A stretch of 63,109 nt of DNA, counting the filler, from Hyphochytrium catenoides (Eukaryota > Protista > Hyphochytriomycota): NCBI GenBank assembly GCA_900088475.1. It is 12 parts of 12 records of this genome, joined end to end, with 100 filler letters (N's around TTAATTAATTAA, not from the genome) between each part and the next. Parts side by side here need not be neighbours in the genome. Positions count along the whole stretch, not along the records: positions 1 to 21,067 come from FLMG01004011.1; positions 21,168 to 27,277 come from FLMG01000609.1; positions 27,378 to 32,274 come from FLMG01000839.1; 9 more parts are not named here. One strand, given 5' to 3'. Shown here in pieces: positions 11,339 to 27,731 of the stretch; the stretch's first letter is position 1; the number at the start of each line of letters is the position of its first letter. Both the position numbers and the translations under genes were made by a program. The notes under the pieces are model-generated. The model saw only the letters and a program-made list of their open reading frames with translations. It was not told the DNA's origin and did no database searches.

Positions 11339-14300
11339 CTTATCTCTATGATATGTCCAGCGCGTGACGCCGGAGCTAAAGAGCGCTGCGCTCAGGCTTT
11401 CCTCAAGATCTCAACTACCTTGAAGAAGTGATTATGGGGGACAAGGTTCTCCACCAGACAGCCTGTGGGAGCCGCAAGGGATGGCAGGAGCATTCTACGG
11501 CCGGAGAGGACACAGAGTGGGAAGGCAGGCCAAGCTCCCACAGTCTTTAGGGCGCTTTTGGGCCTGTCAGCCCTTTGGTGCCTGTGCCTTCTTCGTCTGT
11601 TCATCCTTCATCTATGGGAGAGCGGCAGCGGAGGGTGTGAGACGGAGAAACGGATGCTGCTGGTGCTGTTTGGATGACAGAAGAAAGACCAAAGAAGCTG
11701 TGGGGCCTCTGTCTCTGTCAGTCTGTGCCGCAGCGGACGTGATGGCTCCAGCTCTATGTGTGGGCACCCGTTTAAATCTTCATCTCTTGCACTCTCTGTC
11801 TCAGCGGGGCCGTGGTCCCTTGCAAGTGAATCAGTATCTATTTCGCTTTATTTCTCCCTCTTTATAGAACGCTCTGTCTCTCCCTCTACCTTGTCATCCA
11901 CTTTTTCTCCCTCATGTCCAACATTTAGGAACAATGCTAATGCCCGGTGCCATAGATATTCCGCTTACTGCTAAGATGGAGCTTCGGTTCCAGCTCATTA
12001 CCTAATCCTTAGCCGATCTTCCCGCTGGATTCTTATTGACCACCCAATAATCCCATCTTAGGCCTCTTAGACCATTGCGCACCTTTTGAGCTTCTGCCTA
12101 TCCTAATTGCTGGCTGAAGGGAACACTGTAACGTTGGGGGCTTCCCTGTCGGTGTGCGCACATAAAGTAGATCAATTATTTGGTGTGGTGTACAATAATG
12201 TGCGTAGCATAGAATTATCGTGAAGAGCCAGCTGCCTTATCGCCCAAGCAGACCAATCAAAGGAAAGAACGGGCAGTAGGTTGAGTAGCCAATTGTTTAT
12301 TCGGTAGAAATTGAATTTTTCTCCATGCGCACCTCCTCCCTAAGGCCTAGCATAATCTGTTGTTACTGCCGATGGTCCTTGTTCTATGGGTAGCTCTACT
12401 CATCGCGCCAATATCTTTTGACTATACTTCCACTGCAGCCTTTATAACTCGAGGATAGACTTTCGTACATCAAAGTTTATCTAGAGATGTGCGGATAACT
12501 GATAGAAACTGCTTATAGATGTTCAATTGCGTGCGCTCATTATTTTATTAGAGTGACCTCTGCTTTCTAAAGTAAAAGGTGCAGTTCGGGTGTGGTTGAG
12601 GCATCAGAAAAGTAGGTTCAAGTGCAGATCAAGCAACATGCGAGGTTCTATGTGCTGTTTGTTGGCTGTGATGAGCAGCGGCAGAGATCGCGGCAGGTGC
12701 GCTGACGGCGGCAGGTCAGGCCTCTAGCTTCTTGCTGTGCTAGGTCTCAAAGCATGGCTGTGAGCTGTGACTTGACAAGGTCGGAATAACCTCTGAAATT
12801 TTTGTGTCAGAGTTATTAGGCTTGACGGGTGTGAGGAGAGAATTTCTAGGGCAGTGCAGTTGAAGATGCTCCTGTCTCGTGTTTGCAGAGCGTTGCTGAT
12901 GCGATGATGCCTGTTCAGAAGCCAGTTCCAGATGGATTGCCCTATCTCCAATAGTACGAGAGCTGAAGGCCAAACCGTTAGAAGTCCGCCATTCTTTTGA
13001 TTTGCAAGAGAGCGGATGTTAGAGTTTTAGGTGACGGAGAGACAGAGAGCCCAACATTAGCCCGTTTATGTTGGATTGAGGCTTTGTTTTGTAACCCTTA
13101 TTACATGCTGTATATATCTTAGGCTACAATAGGTGCTGGCTAAGTCCAGTTGTTGCAGTTGAAGCAAAGGAAGCAGTCATACCCGTGATGCCAACAGTCT
13201 TATTAGAAGTTCAAGAGAAGGGATAATGCAGTGCTTTTGTGTCGAGGAAGGGCTGCCTAGCCTCTACATCATGAGAGACTCTGCACTGGAAGGGCAGCTA
13301 TCAACTATATAAGTTGGCGAACGGCCTGCCATGCGTACAATGCCAAAAGAAGGTCTATCCTTGACGTGGGCGGATTGAAGTAACAGGCATGGTCTTCACA
13401 GATACTTGAAGTACCAGCAGATGAAGCTGCTAATGAAGGGCCATCATCGCAATTGTAGCGGCAACTTCGTGCATGCTCTCAAGTGCAAAGAGGGAGGTGG
13501 CCCAAGGGTTATCCCCTCAATCGTAATAGCGGCAAGAACATCTTGCTTATCAGCGTGTCATTTATTATTACCTTGCCACCACGCGTAGGATGCGCGAAAG
13601 GGCATTCTCGCATCATCGTTACAGAGCTGGGTAGGGTGATGTCAAGGTATCTACTATTCAAGGACGATTAAGGTTGCGTCGCCGAAGACTGTGAGGGGCG
13701 CTGTTGCTGTACGAGGACATTTATGGGTGTCAACAAGAGTGCACACTTATAGGAGCCACAAGGGCCCCTTTTGCTTTCAAGCTGCCATTGGTTCTCTCTC
13801 CTAATATGACACTTGTGAGGGCCAGAAGCCTACAAGAAAGACCAAAGGCGTAGACCTGCTTATGGTGTGGAGGTGATTTTCGTTCAAAAGAGTAGGAGGG
13901 GGAACGGGGTGGCACTCTATATCATAATGGGTAAATAGCGGATGGCGGTGAACGAAGTTCCTAATAATACTTCGAAAGCAGCAGCGGAAGATAGAAGAAG
14001 TGATGCACATCTTACTACTCGGCAATATCAAGGCCAGTGCGCTAGGAATCCTTCATTTAATTCAGCGCATCCTCCTGCTTTTTTCCTTGTGGGATGTCAA
14101 CCCCGCTGACGTAGTACTTTATAATGAGCTGACGAAGCGCAACTGCTAGCTTGAACCATAACACTGCTGCCCCTCTGTAATATCCCCAGTCCGTCATTAG
14201 CAGAGGAGGAAAAGAGTCAAGACATCTTCACATACCCGCACCAACAATAGCTCCACATGGCTCCAGTTACCTCCAGTTCTGCATCACTCTGCTCTCTCCT

Positions 14301-16140
14301 AGAAAGCAAGTAATAGTAATAGTCTCGAACACCGAAGGATGTTGACTACCATGGCGCGGGGTGGTGGTATATACTACTCATCACTACGTTTTCTTCTTCC
14401 CTGACATCATAAAGAAGGTCGCAATCGTTATTGTTAAAAGTTGGAAGCTCTTTTTTTGAACGTCACTTCCCTGATAGGGACGAAAGCTGCTGTTTTATTA
14501 TTTTGGAAATATCATTGTTGAAGGGACCAGCTCTTCTTGGTCATGAGGAGATGAGGCGAGCTATTAAGGACGAATACCAATGGGCTCTCTCACTCTGCTT
14601 TGGCAAAGACGAGCTACTCCGATGACGGGGTTCTAAACGTACAACTCACCGCTCCAATCTTGGGGAGAGAACGACAGAGATGATGAAAAAGAACGACATT
14701 ATATGCTCTTCTTCTTCAGCACCTGGTAAGTTTCTGTCGTGGTCTGCCATATCTCATGTACTACTTCTTTCTTCTGTAGTCCATAGTTGAGTGCCTTTGC
14801 CCCCGCGACCTTTTCTTCTTGTTATCCATCCCCTCCACTCCAAACCCACCCTTCTGCCTTCTGCACAACCTTCGTAGTTCAGTCTTTCCCGATTCCGAGA
14901 TCCACCATGCTCACGGCATTATTACTCTGGGAGGGCGAACTATAGCCCTGCCGGATCCATCAGCTTCCACCAGAAAGCTCAGAGGGCGGAAGTCATCTAC
15001 TAGCTGATTCTCTGGAGTAGTGGCTGTTAACACCACTGCATTATTACTCCAGATGGTGATGAGGAGAGATTAGGCGTCGATATCCAGGAGCTTACTATAC
15101 ACGTAGAAAGGGGTGAGAAGGCACGCAAACGCAGCCACATGGACCTTGCCGGTGCCCTGTCCAAAGGGCTCTTGTTGGCTGTTATTCATGTCACTCCTCC
15201 ATTCAGATGCTAATGACGTTAAATGGTACTTGTTGGCTTTTCGCTCTGAAAAGAGCGTGTCGAAGGGGGATAAGGATGAGCTTACAGCTAGTAGAAGCTC
15301 CTATGGTGCTTGGAAGTGTAAACAACAAGTAGGCAATTTGTTTGGCAGAACATGTGCAGCAGCAGCAGCAGCGGTGTCATGCATCTTAAAACGACCTTCA
15401 TTTTTGGGCAGTGGTGGTAGGAAGTTATTCTTTGCCATTAGTACTATCTACTAGACGCCACACAACCCTTGACACAGGTGGCAGGCCCGACCTCGTCTCG
15501 TTGTGAATGCTGGATCAAATCTTGCAAAGGTGGTAGAGGGAATTTGCAGCTTCTTTCATTACTGCCCTCCTCGTTCTCGGATTGAGCGACTGCCTGATGC
15601 TATTAACGCAATGACCTCGTTGCCTGAGGCAGATTATTATCGAGACCTTTATGACTGACAAAAAAAGAAGCAGGTTATCATAAGCATCTCTGAAAGAGAT
15701 CCCTCTCAGAGATCCCAACTTTCGGCCTTTTAATGAAGTTTGAAGCTCTAGCAGGGTGGTGTCCTCACTAACCACGTGGCGCTACTAAAAGGATCCTGAG
15801 AGACCTCTCTCAAGGCGTGCTTTGTTCAGATGATGAAGGAACCAATCATGATTGCCAGTCTCAACTAACAGATGGTACTCCTAGAATAATCGATGTGAGA
15901 AGGAGGAAGAATGCCTCTGCAGTGCTAGGGAGCTGCTGCGTGACCATCGTCTGGTCCTCTGCCCAATGGATTCTAAGATTGCCGACCGCCCTTGGCTCAT
16001 CGAAGAGAGAGATCTGGACTATGAATCCTGGTAGTTTCGGACAGTAACGATATGTCGTACCGAGGTAGAATGTCTACAAAAAAACCTGCACTGAGACTAG
16101 GAAATGCACCCTCTTCGGAACTACAGCAAAGTAGAACTAA

Positions 16141-16570
16141 CAGAGTGATGGTCGGTCAGAGTGATGGTCGGTCCCCTTCTTATCTCACCACTTTCGGTGA
16201 ATGAGCTGAAGACCCGAATATACCGAGGGTAACTTTGGTCAAGGCGTGGAGATGCAGTGTGAGGGGGGTTGAATGGCCAACGGCTAACCTAACGGTCAGG
16301 ATTCTGATCGTTCCAAAGATTCGGCGTTCTGCTTTCTTCCGGCTTCGTCTCTCTCTGTCTCTCTCTCTCTCTGTCTCTCACTCTCTCTCTCTGCTCCTCT
16401 TTCTCTGTCTCTTTGCCTTCTCGCTCACTCTCACTCTCACTCTCCGCTGCTTTTTTATCAAGAGAAGCCCAACAGCACTTTGCAGAGCTTGCTTTCCCCA
16501 CGGACGATGGCGACAGGTTGACCCTCATCGTAAGTTTCTTCTATAGAGTTCGACGGGTGTGTCATTGAGA
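16141..16570 (+). repeat. Dispersed repeat copy A (hAT-like terminus with subterminal motifs)
   Basis: Shares colinear blocks with 20232-20720: AGAGTGATGGTC, GAAGACCCGAATATACCGA, CGGCTAAC..CAGGATTCTGA, a TC tract, ATGGCGACA(A)GG(C)TTGACC and GTGTGTCATTG. Confidence 0.7.
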
Positions 16571-16822
16571 TCTTTGCCTGCTGACAGTCCCCAGCAGTAC
16601 GGGCCCTATAAAGACAGAAAGCAAGAGTGGACTTTTGGGAGAGGATAAACCTATACCTTTCCAGAACTGGTTTAGGACCGCTCTCACCCCGGCTCACTCT
16701 TTAAATAGCTTTGCAATCCTCAATACTCGCTCATCGACGGTCCAACTTGCCTTTGCCACCCATCCAGGGCACAATCAACCTCAGTGAGGAAGGAAAAGAA
16801 GGAGTTGATTCTTTTTGAAGAT

Positions 16823-18779
<1,957 letters not shown>

Positions 18780-20231
18780 TTATTGTTGGCTGGCTCTCTT
18801 CCAGGAAAAGATAGGTAGCCTAAGAGAAAGGTTTCTGGGCAATGAGCGTATCGCAGATGGAATTTGCTCCATCCAAGTCGTCCACCCTTGGTCTGCGTCG
18901 TCAGCTCTTTATGCTCTACGATGAACGAAGGATCATTCCTTGCCTTGCTACTTAATGTTTAGTTCACTCTATTCTTCTTCATAATGCAATCCCAATGCTA
19001 TGAAGCGTCATAAGTCATCAATAAAGTCTCCTAAGTCTCGAAGGAACCATGTCCGTCAAGAGTCTCCAATCTGGGTGGGGAGGAGAGATATAGTGATTTG
19101 ACCAAGAATGGCCTTCTCTCCTGGACGCAGCAGCTAGAAGATCATCACCTTGATGGCCTCAACATCATTGGAAAGCCTCATTCCACAAGTGACACAGGGC
19201 AGAGAGCACTAAATAATCATAGAAGAAGCGCAGGCAGAGAGAGAGAGCTAGAGGTATTGACGGTTACTATAGCTAATAACGCCGCTCTATGGGAAGGGAG
19301 CGAACATTGAGTGCATGTACACTGGGCCACTGTTCCCGCCTTTTATTCAACACTACTGAACCTCGACCTCATTGTAAGGCCTTCTCTTCAACGGGTCTTC
19401 TAGGAGCCCTAGGATTAGAGACTTGTAGGCAGTGGAGCAGAGTTGCGTCGTATCAACCTCTGGCCGCCTCCTCTGATTAAGGGGCTCAGAGTTGCCCCAG
19501 GCGCACAAAACTCTCCACCTAAGCGCCATACTAATCATACCTTTTTTAAAATGTATTGATTGAATAGCATAGACTATTACTTTGAGACAGAGGGGGTATA
19601 GGTTATCTACAGATGTGCGAAAAAGTGGTAGAAGCAGTTCATCTGCTTGCGCTCTTCAAAGAGAATCGTGTCTTTCAATGGTGCGGATGGGTCTATGAGA
19701 AGGTTTGAGGGGACTATGACGCTGTTCGAGTGTTCGAGGCATCAGAAGGGTAAGCTCAGATCAAGCTACTCCTACTTGTTGGAGGATCTACGTGCTGCTG
19801 CTGTGATGAGCGAGGGGACAGGCGGCGGCAGGCGCTTGGCGACAGTCAGAATAATCCTCCAGCTCCTTGTGCTAGGAGGAGACCTTAAAGCACGACTGGG
19901 ACTTGATAAGGTCGGTACAATAATCTCATGAGTGTTTGTGTCCAAGCTGACTGGCTGGTGAGCAGCGAACTCCTAGTGTAGGCCAAAGCGCAGTTGAGGA
20001 TGCTCCCTGCCTGTTGGTAGAGCCTCAACCGATGTGATGATGCCCATTGGCCTCAGGAGGAGGCAGCTAAAGGCTTTAGTCCTTGATCGACGGCCCTCCT
20101 AACTCTCTCCAATAGCAGTCCAAGAGCTCAAGCACGGGCACATGATGTCGCACAGCGGAAACCGCACAATCATCAACAGAGGGCACGACTCGAGAGAGGG
20201 AGAGGAAGGAGGAGAGTTACAAACCCAAAAA

Positions 20232-20558
20232 TAGAGTGATGGTCTTTCGGTGCCCAGTCCGATAATGGACCGAAGACCCGAATATACCGAAGGGACGTTT
20301 TGGTCCGAAGACCGAAGAGAACTATTTATAAGTGACCAAAGACCTACACGGCTTGGTTAGATTCGGGTGATCTCCTTATATCTTTGTTGGGAGGACAGGG
20401 GGATGGATGGGCCTTCAGTGCGGCTAACGGCCAGGATTCTGAACGTTGTGAAGATGCAGATTCTCTTCCCGTCCGCTTCTTCTCTCTTCTTCCCGCTCTC
20501 CCTTCCTTTCCTCTCTCTCTTCTCTCTCTCTCTCTCTGTGTCTCTGTCTCTGTCTCTG

Positions 20559-20607
<49 letters not shown>

Positions 20608-20720
20608 GCATCCGGTTCTCTCTTTATAGGCACCGGACAGTCATCAGCTCGTCGAAGATTATGGCGACAAGGCTTGACCATCGGCTGCGCTCTTCCATTG
20701 ACTTCTACTCGTGTGTCATT
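20232..20720 (+). repeat. Dispersed repeat copy B (hAT-like terminus with ACCGAA subterminal repeats)
   Basis: Begins TAGAGTGATGG, followed by several (A)CCGAA(G) motifs. Diverged direct copy of 16141-16570. Confidence 0.7.
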
Positions 20721-21067
20721 GTTGACATGTATTTACCCCGCTTTCCCACCTGTTCCTTCACTGAGTAAGGTGACAGAGGTGAAGGGAAGAGCCACAACAG
20801 AGTCTGCAGGAGAATGGAGATAGACAGAAGAGCCACAATGATGGGTTATAACACTGGTGCCCCTTTAACTTCTAATAAGAAACGTTCAATCAAGGGAATA
20901 CCACGAAGTAGGAAGTCCTAGCACAGAACCAGCTATGACCGCTATCTAAAGAGCAAGAGGTAGTTTATTCTTAGGGAAGGTAGCCCTTCCAGCGCTAGCG
21001 CAGGAAGCATGGTCACCCTAATTCACTCTCTAATTTGCTTCTCACTCCTCAAGCCTTCCACGTCGCC

Positions 21068-21167
21068 NNNNNNNNNNNNNNNNNNNNNNNNNNNNNNNNN
21101 NNNNNNNNNNNTTAATTAATTAANNNNNNNNNNNNNNNNNNNNNNNNNNNNNNNNNNNNNNNNNNNN
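21068..21167. other. Artificial contig linker (44 N + TTAATTAATTAA + 44 N); also at 27278, 32275, 36968, 47439, 49999, 51993, 54349, 55604, 58024 and 61641
   Basis: The same 100-bp structure recurs 11 times, and TTAATTAATTAA gives stops in all six frames. Confidence 0.99.
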
Positions 21168-21270
21168 AAGACTCTGTCACGGCGAGCCCTGAGGCATAGT
21201 AAGAGGTCCACGGATTATTGAGAGGTCCAGGATCTCTCTGTGGCAGCCACCCCAGGGTGGTGAGGCGACG

Positions 21271-21308
<38 letters not shown>

Positions 21309-21528
21309 GCCCAGTTGACGCACGACATAGATTGAAGGGAATCGATGAAGATGATGGAAAGAGGGAAGACCTGCTGTACTGTACCTGTACGCCCTGAAGG
21401 CATGTTCTGCAAAAAGAGAGTGAAGCGAGAGAGAGAGAGTGTGAGAGAGAGGGTGTGTGAGAGAGAGAGAGTGAGAGAGAGAGAGTGTGAGAGAGAGAGT
21501 GTGAGAGAGAGAGAGTGTGAGAGAGAGA

Positions 21529-21597
<69 letters not shown>

Positions 21598-23263
21598 CAA
21601 GCGCGTGCGAGAGAGTGACAGAGAAGAAGATTGATAGTTCTCTCTAGGCACAAGAAAAAAGGCCGTTTCCTGGCTACTACGAAGCTATTTTGCATCTCAA
21701 GAAACAGAAGCGGTGCAATTCGGTTATCTACCCTCTTACATACTGATAACTGTAGACGGATAATCGCTGCTATCGTCCGTTATTGCCTAGAGCTGGGGCA
21801 CTACTACTACTACTGGTTGGTAAGAATAACGGACTGAGTAGCAGTGCACTGCCGCCGCGGCGAGCGCATGATGACGCAAGGCAGCTACCTGGAGGTCTTC
21901 CCTCTCCTCCTCCGCCTCTCCGCTGCCTGGCTCAAGCTCCACGGTCATCTGGATTATCCTCATCATGGTCCTGCCATGAGGAACTGGGTAGTAGTTCTCC
22001 TACTCGTGTCGTTACGGATGTGCCGTTACCAGTAGGAGAATGACCCGTTATTGCCCAGCGCTTCCTACTCTCTTCTAACATTAGGTAGCCTTCGTCCTCT
22101 AACTCTTCTGACGGGAAAGCAGTCCTCTCTTTCTAGCTACCTTTCCTCCTCCACCTCCTGTGCGTGCGTCCCTCTTCTTCTACTACTTCTTCTTCTCCCC
22201 TGCTACTGGTCTTCCTTGCTGACCCCTAAAGAGTTCCTATCTCATTCAAGCAACAGTCACATTTTTTCCACATCTTAGTCTTCCAAGGAGCATATCTCCC
22301 TGTTGTCGTGAACGCCTATCAACTGGCAAGATCATGAGGAGACGCCTGGGGATGTTATCCCGCGTCAAGAAGACGTAACCGATGAAGAGACCCTGGCGGC
22401 GTCTCTCTCTCAACTTCTAGTAGGCCTAGGAGGAGGGAGAAGCATATGTAGTTCCCAGAGTGCGACTATGCTGCAGCTCTGACATAATAATGGATGGCTC
22501 CTCCTCCTTCTTCTATCAACTTCCTACTCCTACTCTTCTATCAGTCCGTCTTAACCGACTACCGTTTCAGCTCAACAGAGTCACAACGCGTATACCCTGA
22601 AGCTATTAAGCTGCTTGTCATTGATGGAGAACACTCTCGCTCTACCTAGGATTAGGACTGAGAGAGGAAGGAGTGCCAGGAGAGGAAGGAGATAAAAGAT
22701 GGGACGTACAGAGCAGTTAACAGGACTGAGAGACTATCAAACGGGAGGACAAAAACTTCAATAGTCTTCCTCTCGAACTCTCGGCGTCCTTTGTCTTCTG
22801 GCTCCGGCTTCTGCGGGGAGATGATACTTCCAGGGCAGCAGGCAGAACGCCAGCAGCGGACTATGGAGACAGGCCATTGGCATGTTGAAGATGAAGGAGC
22901 AGATAGAAGAAGGAAGGGAGAAGAAGGAACAAGTGAGAGGAGAAGAAGAGATGACAAAGCCAGAGTAGCTGGCCGTAAAAGGCTCCTTTGAGAAATTCCT
23001 CTGTTCTTCAGTCATTGCGTCTGCTGCGCTCTGTGGCGATTCATACCTCCATGCCGTGCCAGACACTTTGCGATTTGCTTGCTTGAAAGGCCCTTGCTCT
23101 ACGGCAGCCTCACTAGGCTTCACGTGAAGGAGCCAGCAGCTCTCATCCACTGGTGGCCCAATAGCATCAGATAATAACGAGACACACGGCGGCATCTCTT
23201 TAGGAGTGGCCAGTCAGTTCGTAGCAGACACAAGGGAGTAATAATCCCAAGAGAAAAGGAATT

Positions 23264-25596
23264 ATGGAGGCCAAGCAGGTTATCATCTACGAAGGCACAG
23301 TATGGGGAGATCTGCTCTCTTCTGATATCGTGCCAGGCGACACTGCCTTCATGGCCGTCTGTACGGCGCTAGTCTTCTTCATGACGCCTGGACTCGGTAA
23401 CGTCGACTCTCAAGCCATCTTTTCTCCCACTGCTTCCTCTACTAACGCCTCACAATCCATCATGTCTATCTAACGGGGAAAGGTGTCTTTTACGCCGGAC
23501 TAGTCCGCCGGAAGAATGTGATGTCACTCTTCCATCTCTGCATGCTCTCCATGGTGGTGGTCAGCCTTCAGTGGTAAGCTTCACAGCTCCGTTCTAATCC
23601 TCCTCACTTCTGAGGCGCGCCAAGGCAGCTGCTGCTAACGGGCTGGTTGTCCGCTGCCGTTAGGTACCTCTGGGGCTTCTCTCTTGCCTTCAGCGACGAG
23701 CCAACGAACGGGTTCATCGGCGACTTTAAGTTTGCTTTGCTGAGAAAAGGAGGATTGGTCTCACATCCAGGCGCTCCCACGATCCCCTTTGAGCTCTTTG
23801 CCTTGTTTCAGATGATGTGCGCCGCGGTCACGCCTGCGATCACCTTTGGGTCTGCCGCTGAGAGGTAGGAAGTCCCTGAGTACTCGATGTCTTAGGGTCA
23901 CCCACTCTCTCCGGCTCTGCCTCTGTTCTCTACAATCTGTGTCTCACGCTTCGTGTCTCTCTCTCTCTACAGCAGTATGTGTCTGTGTGTGTCTCTCTCT
24001 CTTCTCTCTCTCTCTGACTTTTCCTCTCTTGGTCTTTTTGCCTCGAGTCTCGCTTGATCTCCTCTCTTTCTATATCTTTCTTCGGTCTCTCTACTTCTCC
24101 TTCCCAAAAGTCACTCTCAGAAAAATTTTTCTCTCGCGCCCTCTCTCTGTCTCTCGTCTTCTTTGCAGCCACGTCTGAGCTCCTGACGCCTGATCTGTCT
24201 TTCCGTTTTCTTCTGTTGCCAGCAGAGTGCGGATCCTGCCCTCAATGGTGTTTCTCTTCATCTGGATGACTCTGGTCTACAGCGTGACTTGTTACTGGGC
24301 CTGGGGACCTCATGGGTGGCTCTACGAGCTTGGCTTCTTGGACTTTGCTGGAGGTAAAAGGCATTTTTGCCACCCAATCGGGACTTCTTGGCCCTGTTAC
24401 CGTTCTTCATCGTCGTAACTTTACTCTTCCTCTTCCCGATCCGCGTAAAGGCTCTATGGTCCACATCGGATGCGCCTCTGCAGCTCTGGCCTTCGCTATC
24501 TTTCTTGGCCCTAGAGTTGACCTCAACAGTGCGAATAACGACCACGTGCCCCACAATCTCACTTACGTCCAGATCGGGACTGGGATCCTCTGGTTTGGAT
24601 GGTAAGAAGCTGGGAGCCATAGAATCTACTGATTCATCCGTCTGAGGCCTGTTTCTTCTCCCTTTCTCGTTGTCTTCGTGGACCCAAACTAACGACTGGC
24701 ACTAGGTTTGGCTTCAATGGAGGAAGTGCAATGAAGGCCAATGCGCGCGCTGCTGCCTCGATGACAGCTACGCATCTCAGTGCTTGCGTCGCTGCCCTAG
24801 TCTTCATGGCTCTTGAGTACCGAACCAAGAGAAACTACAACTCGCTCAACTTCTGCGGTGGCGTTCTTGCAGGTCTCGTGACGGCCACGCCTGCGTCAGG
24901 CTTCATCAGCCCCAGTTCCTCCTTGGCCTTCGGTCTGCTCGGTGGCGTTATCTGTTACTATGGGCTCAAGGTGAAGCATCTTCTGAAGTTCGACGATGGT
25001 AAGAACGCAGAGCTTCACTTACCAGGCAGACAAGCGCTAACCATAGCCTTTTCCCGTTTCGCTTCTTTCTTCCCTATCTTTTGACACACGTTGACCGGAA
25101 ATTCCCAGCGTTGGATACCTTTGGCATTCATCTTGTTGGCGGCTCTTTGGGTCTCTTTCTAGCGGGAATCTTTGCACAGCGCAACGTCATCAGTCTCGGA
25201 GCTCCCATTGGCACTAACATGCCAGCTGCAGGATGGCTGGATGGCGTCTACGACCAAGTCCCTATCCAACTTGCAGGCATCTTCGCTGTTGCCGCATATT
25301 CCTTCACGGTCACGTACCTCATCCTCTACGTCGTGGACAAGATCCCCGGCCTTCACTTCCGATTGAGTGCGGAAGATGAAGCTTTAGGCACCGATAAAGC
25401 AGAGCTTGATGAGCAGGCTTATGATTTCGTGCCCGCCAAGGAGAATCCTGCTGATGGTGCTGCGGGAGAGGGCTCTAGGCACTCTGGCGCTTCCGGACTT
25501 AAAGACAGCAGCCAGGGTAAGATGAAAACGCAGCCTTCCAGCTGCAGTGCTGGAGGTCCTCCTAGCCTCAGCGTTAGGCCAATGACCTCAGACTAG
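23264..25596 (+). CDS. amt: Ammonium transporter (Amt/MEP family), multi-exon
   Basis: Exons give GDTAFMAVCTALVFFMTPGLG|VFYAGLVRRKN, YLWGFSLAF, FQMMCAAVTPAITFGSAAER, DFAGG..MVHI, PHNL, LWFGW|FGFNGGS, AGLVTATPASG and DD|ALDTFGIHLVGG. Both conserved pore histidines are present. Confidence 0.97.
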
Positions 25597-27433
25597 TGCA
25601 TGCATGAGAGTAAGGGCGAAGACGATATAGTCGGTTCTTCTTGGTTCTTCTTCTCCTTCTCCAGGATGTCAATCAAGTAAAGAGAGAAAGGCTAACTAAG
25701 TGATCTTCATAATGACTCTTCCTTCGGCAGTACTTTATCTATCTTCTCAGATGCGTTGTCTCTTCTCTCCGTGCACCTCTTCCTTCCACTTCTGAAAGCT
25801 CTCACTTTTTTCTGACTGATGGTACGCCCGAGGGACAGCTTTCATCGTCCTTAAGGGTAGGTCTTTCAATTACCGACCTACTTCTAAGGGGAGATCTGCG
25901 CCCTCATAGTCTAGATGTTTAGAGTTTCCTAGTCAAGGACTGTGCGGGCCTGGACTTTGTCTAGCCTCATTCAAGCTCGGCAGACTGCTTTAGTTTGAAG
26001 CGTTTGAGGGAGTGGGAGCCTTCCCGGGCTCAAGTCTAAAGATTCTATCTTTCCTGTGACAACATTGCGGACTCTGTACTCTAGAGGGGCAAAGTCCTGA
26101 CATCGCCAAGGAAGAGCGTCATGGGGCTCAAACCGCAGATTCTTCCTTCTCCACCAAGGATAGCCCTACACTCAAGCGGACCGTGAGTCTTTGTGGCTCT
26201 TCCTTAGGAAACTCTTGGGCACGGAAGTGAAGCCAAAGTGGAACAATGGTTTGCGCTTAGACGATTGACATTGGAGTGGGATCCGCTGCCATGGCGTTCA
26301 TCAACTATCTTCGCAGTATTATCTGCATTATCCATGAGAGAGCTCCTCCCTCTCCTTAGTATTACAAAGCAGGCCTCTTCCTGGGTGTGTCACGTGGAGC
26401 AGGTAGGTGTATTAGCCCCTTGGCAGCTCGCCAAGTCCACATTTGTGGCTTCTATCGAAGTCTGCAATGTATCTTCGAGGCTACTGGAGCACCTAGTGAC
26501 GGAGAAAGAAGGAGAACGAAAAGCTGGTGCCTTTGGCTGGTGCGAGGAGGGAGGGCGGCGCTTCATTCTCCTTCTCTGCTCTTGCTGTTGGGGCAAATCT
26601 TTATTATGTGGAGCACCTCGTCTGCAGAAATCTTCATCTTCATCCAGGCACCGCCTGCACTACTGTAGAGACAATGGCAACTATCATTAGACCGAAAATA
26701 GCAAATAATCAACAATCATATTCTTTATAAAAAATATGAAGGAATCAGGGCTAATAAGCGCCAAACTCATGCCTTGCACGAGAATAATACTGAGTTGTTA
26801 TTCTCGTAGCCGCTAACGCCCTGGATTTTGACTTTTCAACTCTATCACAAAGTAGAACGAACTTCTCTAATGTTTTCTTCTTTTCTTGTTCTGTCATCAT
26901 CTGTCTGTCGGCCCCGATCGTCGGTCTCCTGTCTCTTGTCTCTTCCTCTCCGCCGCTGTGCTCATTGCTCGAGCTTCAGCTTCTGCTTACTGCTGTTTGG
27001 TGGGAAGGGGAACGACATGTACTCTTAGCTAGAGAAATCCGCAGCGTTAATAATACGCGATTAGTTCTACTGCTGCCCTGGGGAAGAGGAAGACCAAGCA
27101 GCCTGGCTGCCGTCTGGAACAGTTACGCGGCCATTGTCTAGGGCGATGACATAGAAAGCCAAGAGACGCATGTGTGAGGTGGGCAATCTGTTGTTGGGCA
27201 TCTAGGCTATGAGAACCATGCGCCGCTATGAACAGGAAGAACTGCATAGGTTCATGAATGAGTCTTTGTGTCACCAGNNNNNNNNNNNNNNNNNNNNNNN
27301 NNNNNNNNNNNNNNNNNNNNNTTAATTAATTAANNNNNNNNNNNNNNNNNNNNNNNNNNNNNNNNNNNNNNNNNNNNCTCTCTCTCTCTCTCTGTCTAGC
27401 TAGCTCTCTCTTCTTCTCTCTTTCTCTGTGTAC

Positions 27434-27668
27434 CTCATAGGCTTTTGTGACGACAATGCCGCCAAAGAAAGTAATCCAGATGACGCTGTAATAGAGGAAA
27501 AACAGTTCTGTCCATCGCTTCCCGGGAGAAGTTGCTAGCCATCGCGGCTGCTGCTGCTTGCCTGGCAAGCAAGTGGGAAGCGAAGGAGACGTGGGAGGAA
27601 GGGAGGACGGCAGAGATGTGAACCATGAAGATTGAAGATAGAAAGAGAGAGAAAGAGAGCGCCAGAGA

Positions 27669-27731
<63 letters not shown>

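Noticed and set aside
19600-20100. Minus-strand remnant (KELEDY..PAAACPLA) resembling a hAT dimerisation domain
   Set aside because: Too degenerate: the key WW and SER motifs are absent and there are several stops.
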